Shown piece by piece: positions 26,901 through 37,087 of a stretch of 64,000 bases of DNA; position 1 is the stretch's first letter, and the number at the start of each line of letters is the position of its first letter. The notes under the pieces are model-generated. The model did not search any database. It saw nothing but the letters and a program-made list of their open reading frames with translations, and had not been told where the DNA came from. The translations under genes and the position numbers were made by a program. This DNA is from Cetorhinus maximus (Eukaryota), in NCBI RefSeq assembly GCF_964194155.1, contig NW_027597787.1, positions 1-64,000 of the forward strand. The letters are read 5' to 3'.

Positions 26901-27333
26901 AGTTGAAGTCACCGTCCAGAATGACCAGCCTGGAGGTTGCCAGCAGCAGTGGGAGCTGCTGAAAAACCTCCAGCCGCTCGGCCCCTTGTGACGGGCCATA
27001 CACGTTAATTAACCGGAGTGGAGCATTCTTGTATATTACGTCTGCTACGAGGAGGCGCCCGCCCACCACCTCCTTAACCTCAGAGACGGTGAAGTTGCCT
27101 CCCCGCAGCAGAATACCCATGCCGGAGCAACGAGAGTTGTTTCCGCCCGACCAGATCGATGGCCCATGGGACCACCATCGTGACCATTGCCTGTAGGAGC
27201 TGAGGTGTGGTATCGCACACTCCTGCAGAAACAAAATGTCAGCTTTGACCTTGGCAAGGTAGTCCAAGGTCGCAACACGTCGCGTAGTCGATTTAATGCT
27301 ACGCACATTTATGGATACAATCTTTAAACCCAT
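23929..27333 (-). CDS. Tx1 unit B ORF2 (APE endonuclease, RT, C-terminal CCHC), frameshifted near 24447
   Basis: SINVRS, FLQE, GDFN, SRID, SDH (EN); KTPGSDG, WRPIALLN, LDQEKAFD, GVRQGCP, YVDD (RT); C-terminal part continues in another frame. Confidence 0.92.
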
Positions 27334-27343
27334 TTTAAAGCAT

Positions 27344-28882
27344 TTATTCTCTTACCAAACCTGTTGTCTCTGAGAGTCCCAGAGCTTTAGTCTGCTCCTT
27401 CATACCCGTAGTGAACTCAAATTGCTTCACTTTGGATGGGCTGAGGAAATTTTCCTGAACCTCCCCATTGGCGGTGTTCTGCTCGGGTGGCATCTGGGGG
27501 ACTGAGCAGAGAGTGGGGTTTGAAATGACCTTTGTTGGAGAAGCTTCTCCAATCCTCTCACCCTCTGGGACGTTCCTGCTCCCGGCTTCCCGGAGCTGGG
27601 GTGCGCTGAGCGTCTCACTGCTCCCAGATTCCTGGGGCTGTGGTGCGCTGGCCTCTTCGGGTTGTAGGCAAAGTTGGGGTGCGCTGGTCTCCTCATTGTC
27701 TCCAATGTTCTGAAGCTCGGGTGCCTCGTCCTCCAACTCCCGAGAGCTTTGCCACTTCTTCTGTCGGTGCCGCCTTGGCCCTTCTTCATCCGAAGAGCTG
27801 CTGCCCTTGTCATCCATTTCAAATGGGAGATGCCTCTTGCCACTTGTCTGGGAAATGGCTTGGTTTCTTCTTAGCCCCTTCTTCCTTTTGGCTCTCTTCA
27901 CCGTCTGCCACTCCCCCTGCTGCTTTGCCACTGCTGCCTCCTCCCCCTCCATTGATTCGCTGTCCTGAGGACTGGGAGGTTCAGGGGGCAGTGCTGTTGA
28001 TTGGCTGTCAGTTGCCTCAATCTTTTCCTCCACCTTATCTCTCTCTGTGTCCTCCTTTGTCCCATTGTTCTTCCTGGGGGCCTTGGTGGTTGGAGTGACA
28101 CGAAGCATTTCTTCTGCTTCCCTCTCATTGGCTTTGGCTGCCTGTACATAAGTACGGCAGCGTTTGGGGCAGGTCCTGTAGAGGTGACCTGCCTCGACAC
28201 ACAGGTTGCAGCACTTAGCCTGTTTGCAGTCTTTTGTCTGGTGCCCTTCCTGTTTGCAGTTCTTGCAGAGGACGGCACTGCAGTTGGCTGCCACATGACC
28301 AGACTTGCCGCATGAGCGACAAAGTTTGGGTTGCCCAGCGTAGACGAGGTAACCACAGCTTCCCCCGATAGCGAATCTGGAAGGAGGGTTGAAGGTGGCT
28401 CCCTTACCGTCGGTTTTGAGCGTGACCTTAATCTGGCGTTTGCATATCCAGATCCCCAAATCGTCTCTAACCGCGGTGCAGCTCCCCACCTTATCGAAGT
28501 ACCTGGTGAGGAAGGTGAGCACGTCGGCGACAGGGACGAAGGGGTCATAAAGATGCACATTCACCACCCTGTCCCGTTGCGACAGCAGAGCAAAGAGCGG
28601 CTCCGCTGTCAGGATCTTCATCTCCGGCAGGTCTCTCTTCTTGAACACCTTCAGGAGCTTGACGCAGTCTGCCACTCGCTTGAACGTCACATCAAAATAT
28701 CCAGCGCTGGGGAAGTCCTGCAGGCAGTAGATTTCCGCAGCTTCGAAACCACACACCTTTAACAGGATCCTCCTGGCGAAGACTGCCCGATCCACAGGTG
28801 CTCCTCCTTCTTCGCTGCCCTTCACCATGACTTGGATGGTGTTAGGTACCCCATGGTATGGGGCTTGATTGGTTATAGCCAT
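27344..28882 (-). CDS. Tx1 unit B ORF1, intact 512 aa, three CCHC zinc knuckles
   Basis: CRSCGKSGHVAANC, CKNCKQEGHQTKDC, CNLCVEAGHLYRTC; 10-nt spacer to ORF2. Confidence 0.9.
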   Translation of the reverse strand: MAITNQAPYHGVPNTIQVMVKGSEEGGAPVDRAVFARRILLKVCGFEAAEIYCLQDFPSAGYFDVTFKRVADCVKLLKVFKKRDLPEMKILTAEPLFALLSQRDRVVNVHLYDPFVPVADVLTFLTRYFDKVGSCTAVRDDLGIWICKRQIKVTLKTDGKGATFNPPSRFAIGGSCGYLVYAGQPKLCRSCGKSGHVAANCSAVLCKNCKQEGHQTKDCKQAKCCNLCVEAGHLYRTCPKRCRTYVQAAKANEREAEEMLRVTPTTKAPRKNNGTKEDTERDKVEEKIEATDSQSTALPPEPPSPQDSESMEGEEAAVAKQQGEWQTVKRAKRKKGLRRNQAISQTSGKRHLPFEMDDKGSSSSDEEGPRRHRQKKWQSSRELEDEAPELQNIGDNEETSAPQLCLQPEEASAPQPQESGSSETLSAPQLREAGSRNVPEGERIGEASPTKVISNPTLCSVPQMPPEQNTANGEVQENFLSPSKVKQFEFTTGMKEQTKALGLSETTGLVRE

Positions 28883-28892
28883 TGCTTGACGA

Positions 28893-28944
28893 CCTTTCCC
28901 TGGCAGAAACCGTGATCAGGGTCTCTCCCCTGCCAGGTAAGTAT
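28893..28944 (-). ncRNA. U1 snRNA-derived 5' head of Tx1 unit B (partial, remodelled)
   Basis: ATACTTACCTGGCAGGGGAGAGACCCTGATCACGGTTTCTGCCAGGGAAAGG; first 21 nt identical to vertebrate U1 5' end. Confidence 0.88.
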
Positions 28945-28960
28945 CTTTATAGTCTTTGTC

Positions 28961-29865
28961 TTTTTTTTTGCAAAAATATACTTTATTCATAAAATATCTT
29001 CAACCACATTCCAAACCATTTCAAAAACACCATTACCAGGGTACAATCAGGTTCAACTTTTACGAAATGTATCACCAGGTGCATCAGTACAAACAATGTT
29101 TCAATCATTTACAGCCTTTCATTTTGAGCTGTACAGCTCGAGGGGGTTTTAAACAGTTCCCAGCCCCTCGGTGCACTGTGGCAGAAAGGTCTTAGACAGT
29201 GACCCTTCCCCATTGTGCCTTTGCGGCAGCTGCCCCAAGCTTTAGTGCGTCCCTCAGCACGTAGTCCTGGATTTTGGATTGTGCCAGTCCGCAACACTCG
29301 GTCGGGGACAACTCTTTGTGCTGGAAGACCAACAAGTTTCGGGCAGACCAAAGCACGTCTTTCACCGAGTTGATGATCCTCCAGCTGCAGTTGATGTTTG
29401 TCTCGGTGTGCGTCCCTGGGAACAGCCTGTAGAGCACAGAGTCCTGTGTCACAGAACTGCTCGGGGTGAACCTCGACAGAAACCACTGCATCTCTCTCCA
29501 GACCTTCTTTGCAAAGGCACAATCCACCAAGAGGTGAACAACAGTCTCCTCCCCACTACAGCCACCTCGAGGGCAACGTGCAGAGGGGGTGAGACTCCTG
29601 GCGTGTAGGAAGGATCTGACGGGGAGGGCCTTTTTCACCACTAGCCAAGATACGTCTTGGTGCTTGTTGGAAAGTTCTAGCGATGAGGCATTCTGCCAAA
29701 TGACTTTGACAGTCTGCTCGGGGAACCATCTCCTGACGTGTAGGAAGGATCTGACGGGGAGGGCCTTTCTCACCACCAGCCAAGCCACGTCTTGGTGCTT
29801 GTTGGAAATTTCTGGCGATGATGCATTCTGCCAAATGACTTTGACAGTCTGCTCGGGGAACCATC
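28961..29865 (-). mobile_element. 5'-truncated Tx1 3' fragment with a 135-bp duplicated start
   Basis: ORF 29192-29884 has WFPEQTVKVIWQNASS twice; period 135 bp; own 3'UTR and A-tail. Confidence 0.88.
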
Positions 29866-30102
29866 TTTGTCTTTTTTTTTGCAAAAATATACTTTATTCA
29901 TAAAATATCTTCAATCACATTCCAAACCATTTCAAAAACAACATTACAAGGGTACAATCCAGGTTAAACTTTTACAAAATGTATCACCAGGTGCATCAGT
30001 ACAAACAATATTACAATCATTTCCAGCCTTTCATTTTGAGCTGTACAGCCCGAGGGGCTCTAAACAGTTCCCAGTCTCTCGGTGCGCTGTGGCAGAAAGG
30101 TC

Positions 30103-33100
30103 TTAGACAGCGACCCTTCCCCATTGCGCCTTTGCGGCAGCTGCCCCAAGCTTTAGTGCGTCCCTCAGCACATAGTCCTGGACTTTGGTTTGTGCCAGTC
30201 CGCAACAATCGGTCGGGGACAACTCTTTGTGCTGGAAGACCAACAAGTTTCGGGCAGACCAAAGCGCGTCTTTCACCGAGTTGATGATCCTCCAGCTGCA
30301 GTTGATGTTTGTCTCGGTGTGTGTCCCTGGGAACAGCCCGTAGAGCACAGAGTCCTGTGTCACAGAACTGCTCGGGATGAACCTCGACAGCAACCACTGC
30401 ATCTCTCTCCAGACTTTCTTTGCAAAGGCACAATCCACAAGGAGGTGAACAACGGTCTCTTCCCCACCACAGCCACCTCGAGGGCAATGTGCAGAGGGGG
30501 TGAGACTCCTGGCGTGTAGGAAGGATCTGACGGGGAGGGCCTTTCTCACCACCAGCCAAGTGGTGCTTGGTGCTTGTTGGAAAGTTCTGGCGATGAAGCA
30601 TTCTGCCAAATGACTTTGACAGTCTGCTCGGGGAACCATCCCACAGGGTCCACCCTCTCCTTTTCCCTCAGGGCCTCTAAGACTTTACGTGCTGACCACT
30701 GCCTGATGGACTTGTGGTCAAAGGTGTTTTTCTGCATAAATTTTTCCACGAGGGACAGGTGGTACAGCACGGTCCAACTACTTGGAGCATTCCGCGGCAG
30801 CGTGGCCAGACCCATCCTTCGCAACACCGGGGACAGGTAGAACCTCAGCACGTAGTGACACTTGGTGTTTGCGTACTGAGGGTCTACGCACCGCTTGATG
30901 CAGCCACACACAAAGGTGGCCATCAGTATGAGGGCGATGTTGGGCACGTTTTTTCCCCCTTTATCTAGAGGCTTGTACATCGCGTCCCTGCGGACACGAT
31001 CCATTTTCGACCTCCAGATAAAGCGGAAGATGGCTCGAGTGATCGCCATCGCGCAGGAGTGTGGAATGGGCCAGACCTGCGCCACGTACAGCAACAGCGA
31101 GAGTGCCTCACACCTGATGACCAGGTTCTTACCCGCAATGGAGAGGGAGCATCGCTCCCACATGCCCAGTTTCCTTTTCACCATAGCCACTCGCTCCTTC
31201 CAGTTTCTAACGTATGCCCTGGTCCCTCCGAACCATATCCCCAGCACCTTCAGGCCATCAGCCCTGACAGTGAAGGGGACAAAGGATCGGTCAGCCCAGT
31301 TCCCAAAGAACATGGCCTCGCTCTTCCCACGATTTACCTTGGCTCCCGAGGCCAGTTCGAACTGGTCGCAGATGTGGATCAGTCTGCGCACCGACAGCGG
31401 ATCCGAGCAGAAGACGGCGACATCGTCCACGTACAGGGAGGCTTTTACCTGAGTGCCTCCACTGCCTGGGATCGTCACTCCTCTTATGCCCGGATCCTTC
31501 CTGATGGACTCGGCAAAGGGTTCTATGCAACACATGAAAAAAACAGGCAAGAGAGGACAGCCCTGCCTGACTCCAGATTTAATCGGAAAGCTATCTGTTT
31601 CCCACCCATTGATTGAGACTGCGCTACTGATGTTAGTGTAGAGCAGTTGGATCCAATTTCGAATTCCCTCCCCAAACCCCATTTTGGAGAGCACATCCAC
31701 CATGTAGGTGTGCGATATTCTGTCAAAGGCCTTCTCCTGATCCAAGCTGATGAGGCAGGTATCCACACCCCTGTCCTGTACATAGACAATCGTATCCCTG
31801 AGCAGCGCGAGGCTGTCAGAGATCTTCCTGCCTGGCACAGTGCAGGTCTGGTCAGGGTGAATCACCAATTCCAGAACGGATTTGACCCGATTGGCGATGA
31901 CCTTGGACAGAATCTTATAGTCCACATTCAACAGTGCAATGGGTCGCCAATTTCTAATTTCCTCCCTTCCCCCCTTGTGCTTGTAGATGAGGGTGATGAT
32001 GCCTTTCCTCATTGATTCTGACATGCTGCCAGCCAGTAGCATACTCTCGTACACTTCTAGCAGGTCTGGGCCGATCAAGTCCCACAGCGCCGAATACAAC
32101 TCCGCCGGCAAGCCATCGCTTCCGGGAGTTTTACTCTTCTCGAAGGACTCAAGGGCCTTAGTCAGTTCATCAGGAGTTAGCGATTTGTCCAGGCTCTCCC
32201 GCGTACTGTCGTCTAAGACCTCCGTGATAGAGGACAGGAAGGACTGGGAGGCCGTGCTGTCCGTGGGCTTCACGTCATACAATCCGGCATAAAAGGATTT
32301 GCTGATCCTCAAAATGTCAGACTGTGATGACTTTACTGAGCCGTCTTCTTCCTTCAGGCTGCTGATCACAGAGCTCTCTCTGTGTACCTTTTGGAAGAAG
32401 AAACGTGAGCACGTCTCATAATGCTCCACGGAGCGGACTCTGGAACGGAAGATGATCTTGGAGGCCTCCGAGGCAAAGTGCGAGGCTTGCTGGCTCTTCA
32501 CCTCTTGGAGTTCCTCCTTGACATCGACGCCCATCGACTGCAGTCGGAGCAGATTCTGAATGTTTTTCTGGAGTCGAGACATTTCCCTCTGTTCCTTTCT
32601 AGCTTTCTGGGTGCCTTTGAGGATGAAAAACCTCTTGATGTTTCCCTTGATCGCTTCCCACCAGTGTGTCAGGGACTCAAAGAGGGGTTTCACGGTTCTC
32701 CAACCTTTGTAATCCCTCTTGAGCTCCTCAATGTTCTCTGGGGTCAGCAGTTGCACATTTAGCTTCCATGCCCCCCTGCCCACCCTCAGGTCCTTCACTA
32801 AGTGGCAGTCCGCCAGTAGGAGGCAGTGGTCAGAGAAAAACACCGGCTTGACGTCGGTGGATCTGACTGTGAATGCACGGGACACAAATAGGAAGTCTAT
32901 CCTGGAACGAATGGACCCGTCTGGCTGCGACCAGGTGTATCTACGCTGCGCTCCGTCTGCAGGGTTGCTGAAGACGTCGTGCAACTTGGCATCCTTAACT
33001 GTTTCCATCAGGGATCTGGACGTAGCGTCCAATCTGCTGTCGGCCCTGCTGGATCGTCCAGCCGCATCGATGATGCAGTTGAAGTCACCGTCCAGAATGA

Positions 33101-33509
33101 CCAGCCTGGAGGTTGCCAGCAGCAGTGGGAGCTGCTGAAAAACCTCCAGCCGCTCGGCCCCTTGTGACGGGCCATACACGTTAATTAACCGGAGTGGAGC
33201 ATTCTTGTATATTACGTCTGCTACGAGGAGGCGCCCGCCCACCACCTCCTTAACCTCAGAGACGGTGAAGTTGCCTCCCCGCAGCAGAATACCCAGGCCG
33301 GAGGGACGAGAGTCGTTTCCGCCCGACCAGATCGATGGCCCATGGGACCACCATCGTGACCATTGCCCGTAGGAGCTGAGGTGCGGTATCGCACATTGCT
33401 GCAGAAACAACAGGTCAGCTTTGACCTTGGCAAGGTAGTCCAAGGTCGCAACACATCGCGTAGTAGATTTGATGCTACGCACATTTATGGATACAATCTT
33501 TAAACCCAT
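30103..33509 (-). CDS. Tx1 unit A ORF2, frameshifted near 30560
   Basis: Same EN/RT motifs as unit B; CCHC domain (CPRGGCGGEETVVHLLVDC) in ORF 30103-30639. Confidence 0.92.
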
Positions 33510-33519
33510 TTTAAAGCAT

Positions 33520-35026
33520 TTATTCTCCTACCAAACCCGTTGTCTCTGAGAGTCCCAGACCTTTAGTCTGCTCCTTCATACCCGTAGTGAGCTCAAATTG
33601 CTTCACTTTGGATGGGCTGAGGTAGTTCTCCTTGGCGGTGTTCTGCTCAGGTGCAATCAGGGGGTTCGCGTTGAGAGCAGGTTTTGAGATGACCTTTGGT
33701 GGAGAAGCTTCTCCAAAACTCACCCCCTCTGGGGCATTGCTGTTCCCGGCTTCCCGGAGCTGGGGTGCGATGATTGCCTCACTGCTCCCAGGTTCCTGGG
33801 GCTGTGGTGTACTGGCCTCCTCAGGTTGCAGGCAAAGTTGGGGTGCTCTGGTCTCCTTGTTGTCTCCAATGTTCTGGAGCTCGGGTGTCTCGTCCTCCAA
33901 CGCCCTGGAGCTTTGCCGCTTCTTCTGTCGGTGCCGCCCTGGCACTTCTTCATCCGAAGAGCTGCTGCCTTTGTCATCCATGTCGGATGGGAGACGCCTC
34001 TTGCCACTTGTCTGGGAAGTGGCTTTGCTTCTTCTTCGCTCCTTCTTCCTTTTGGCTCTCCTCACCGTCTGCCACTCCCCCTGCTGCTTTTCCACTGCTG
34101 CTTCCTCCTCCATTGATTCGCTGTCCTGAGGAGTGGGAGGTTCAGGGAGTGGTGCTGTTGTTTGGCTATCTGTTGCCTCAATCTCTTCCTCCACCTTGTC
34201 TCTCTCTGTGTCCTCCTTTGTCCCGTTGAGCTCCCTGGGGGCCTTGGTGGTTGGAGTGACATGAAGCATTTCTTCTGCTTCCCCCTCGTTGGCTTTGGCT
34301 GCCTGTGCATAAGTACGGCCTGTAGAGGTGACCTGCCTCGCCACACAGGTTGCAGCACTCAGCCTGTTTGCAGTCTTTTCTCTGGTGCCCTTCCTGTTTC
34401 CAGATCTTGCAGAGGGAGGCGCTGCAGTTGGCCGCCACATGACCAGCCTTGCCGCATGAGCGACAATGCTTGGGTTGCCCAGCGTAGACCAGGTAGCCAC
34501 AGTTTCCCCCGATAGCGAATCTGGAAGGAGGGTGGAAAATGGCTCCCTTACCGTCGGTCTTTAGCGTGACCTTAAACTGGCGTTTGCCTGTCCAGATCCC
34601 CAAGTCGTCTCGAATCTCGGTGCCGCTCCCCACCTTATCGAAGTACCTGGTGAGGAAGGTGACCACGTCAGCGACAGGGACGAAGGGGTTGTACAGATGC
34701 ACCATCACCACACAGTCCCGTTGCAACTGCAGAGCAAAGAGCGGCTCCGCCGTCAGGATCTTCATCTCCGGCAGGTCTCTCTTCTCCTCGAACACCCTCA
34801 GGAGCTGGACGCAGTCTGCCACCCGCTTGAACGTCATGTCGAAAAAACCAGCGCTGGGGAAGTCCTGCAGGGTGAAGATCTCCGGAGCTTCAAAACTGCA
34901 CGCCTTCAACAGGATCCTCCTGGCGAAGAAGGCCCGATCCATAGGTGATCCTCCTTCGCTGTCCTTCACCGTGACTCAGACGGTGTTAGATAACCCATGG
35001 TATGGGTTTTGATTGGTTATAGCCTT
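33520..35026 (-). pseudogene. Tx1 unit A ORF1, disrupted
   Basis: Start ATG changed to AAG, early TGA (~34976), deletion/frameshift after the third knuckle (~34318); clearly diverged from unit B ORF1. Confidence 0.85.
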
Positions 35027-35036
35027 TGCTTCCCGA

Positions 35037-35087
35037 CCTTGCCTTGGCAGAACCATGCTCATGGTCTCTCCCCTGCCAGGTAAGTAT
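35037..35087 (-). ncRNA. U1 snRNA-derived 5' head of Tx1 unit A
   Basis: ATACTTACCTGGCAGGGGAGAGACCATGAGCATGGTTCTGCCAAGGCAAGG. Confidence 0.88.
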
Positions 35088-35114
35088 CAGGACATTCTCC
35101 TGAACCTGTCCTAA

Positions 35115-35546
35115 ATTCTTTCGAGTTATCAACAGTCACAGATTGCAACTCTTTCGAGTACAATCACAGTTCTTGGTTTCCGGGAGTGGGACATGAACCC
35201 ACAACCCTCTGATTCAAAGGCGAGGGTGCTATGGACTGAGCCACAGCTGACACCTCCTCAATTCTTTCGAGTTATCAACAGTCACAGATTGCAACTCTTT
35301 CAAGCACAATCACAGTTCTTGGTTTCCGGGAGTGGGACATGAACCCACAACCCTCTGATTCAAAGGCGAGGGTGCTATGAACTGAGCCACAGCTGACACC
35401 TCAAAAATTCTTTCGAGTTATCAACAGTCACAGATTGCAACTCTTTCGAGTACAATCACAGTTCTTGGTTTCCGGGAGTGGGACATGAACCCACAACCCT
35501 CTGATTCAAAGGCGAGGGTGTTATGGACTGAGCCACAGCTGACACC
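35115..35546 (-). mobile_element. Head-to-tail trimer of a 140-bp tRNA-derived SINE
   Basis: Units 35115-35254, 35261-35400, 35407-35546; A box TGGCTCAGT, B box GGTTCATGTCC; flanking direct repeat aacctgtcctaa (35103-35114, 35548-35559). Confidence 0.88.
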
Positions 35547-35789
35547 CAACCTGTCCTAACCCTTCTGCCAGTTCACTTATTGGAAACAGGGACTCTCCTT
35601 GTTTTAATGTTAACACTCCATGTCTCCCCAGTTATTCATTTAAGTCAGCCCATGAATTGTTTGTGCATTGTTTCATCATGTTCCCACATTTCATTAACAA
35701 ATGTTGAAACGTTTGCTTCGCACCCACAGGGTTTCATCTGTTTAAAGCCACAAATAAAGGTCCAGTTTTCTCCTGGAGGTTGAGACAAA

Positions 35790-36240
35790 TCAGCTTTCAA
35801 AATGATGCAGAGTTTCAGCCAATGAGGGACATCCGAATTCAACCCCGCCCCTCATTCACTCTGATTGGTTGGAGGATCACACGCTCACGATTGGACCTCC
35901 AGGTCCGCCCGCTCTTCCTATTGGTCCGGAGTCTCCGTCAATCCACCGGGCACTGTGATCTGGAGCATGCGCAGTGTGGGTAATGGCGGAGGACAGAGGC
36001 TTGTTTGTCGGATCCACAGGAGGTAAGATAAAGGGTGGAGTGCAGGGAGAAATAGAGCCGGTGGGTGGACGGGGAGCGTTCATAAGCACTTGATGCGGGT
36101 CTGAACCCTAAATAAGAAACTATCTGCGGGGCGAAGGCTGCGGGATCGCGTCTCCAACAAAAGGCCCGGGTTAACGGCCGCCATCTTGAGCGGGGTTAAT
36201 GTGCAGCAGGGCGCATGCGTGGTCATCCCTGTCAGCAGGA
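35790..36240 (+). promoter_or_regulatory. Promoter/exon 1 of ZNF-4 (module B)
   Basis: Several CCAAT/ATTGG boxes, GC boxes, GCATGCGC, donor GAG|GTAAGA ~36022, YY1 GCCGCCATCTT; homologous to 58740-58880 and 63390-63500. Confidence 0.65.
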
Positions 36241-37087
36241 GGAGAGAATGTTGTGCATTTCTATCCTGGACTGACGGGGATGGGTTTTGGAAACTCCTTT
36301 TATAGGGAATTGGAAGGGGAGGATTTACACACAGCCATTCAAAGCAAAGATCACATTAAGATCTGACTCAAGTCACTCGATTCATCAGGACCTGGATATT
36401 ATCGGTCTTTGAGTTTAAGCATTGAGTTCCAGGTCATTAACACTCAATGTGTGAAATTTCTTCCTCACATTCCCCCTGTAGATCTTACCCTAAATCTTAA
36501 ATCTGTGTCTGTGATACTTTTATGATTAGCTAATACCTTATGTATTTTTCATTCACAGGATGTGGGCTTTGCTGGATGGGCCAGCATTTATTGCCCATCC
36601 CTAGTTTCCTTTGAGAAGGTGGTGGTGAGCTGGCCCTTCTTGGTGGTGGAGGTTCAGGGTTTTGAGTTTCTGTCAAAATTCTGGTTGAGTTGTAATCCCT
36701 CTTTTTCAACCGTTCCCTCTCCCACCCCGACCCTTCTCTCTCTTCCTGTCTTCTCCCATCTAGGCCTGTGCCTTGTGTAGGCCCAGACTGGGTGGCAGAT
36801 TCCCTTCCCTGAAGGACATGTGAACCAGTTGGGTTTTTATGACAATCCAGCAGTTTTCATGGTCACTTTTCCCTGGTGCCGGCCCCACAAATTACCAGAT
36901 TCATTCAGCTCAATTTCACAACCTGTTTTTGTGGGTTCTCTCTCACTCCCTTTTCTCTGTTTTAAATCAATTTCACAGGGTATTAGAAGGGGAGGATTTG
37001 CAGTTGGGAAACTGAAACCAAACATCACATCAGGATCTGACAGAGTTGCCCAGTTTATCATCACCCAGATATCATCGGAAGTTGAAC

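Larger units (their letters stand above)
23693..35090 (-). mobile_element. Tx1-clade non-LTR retrotransposon concatemer (full unit A + 3' fragments + full unit B) with one 17-bp TSD
   Basis: TSD gacattctcctgaacct at 23676-23692 and 35091-35107; three copies of 3'UTR+AATAAA+A-tail (ending ~23693, ~28961, ~29872). Confidence 0.92.

Noticed and set aside
27344-28882. Domesticated ZCCHC3-like host gene
   Set aside because: It lies directly upstream of an EN-RT ORF2 within a TSD-bounded element, so it is ORF1 of the transposon.
28893-28944. Functional U1 snRNA gene
   Set aside because: Only ~50 nt are present; loop I is partly deleted; no stem-loops II-IV, Sm site, PSE or 3' box.
24538-33167. 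Many + strand and alternative-frame ORFs of 60-185 aa over the Tx1 units
   Set aside because: Shadow ORFs of the GC-balanced retrotransposon coding sequence, duplicated only because the element is duplicated.
35115-35546. CRISPR-like or tRNA gene array
   Set aside because: Units are 140-bp SINE copies with 6-nt linkers, no unique spacers and no cloverleaf acceptor stem; the context is eukaryotic.
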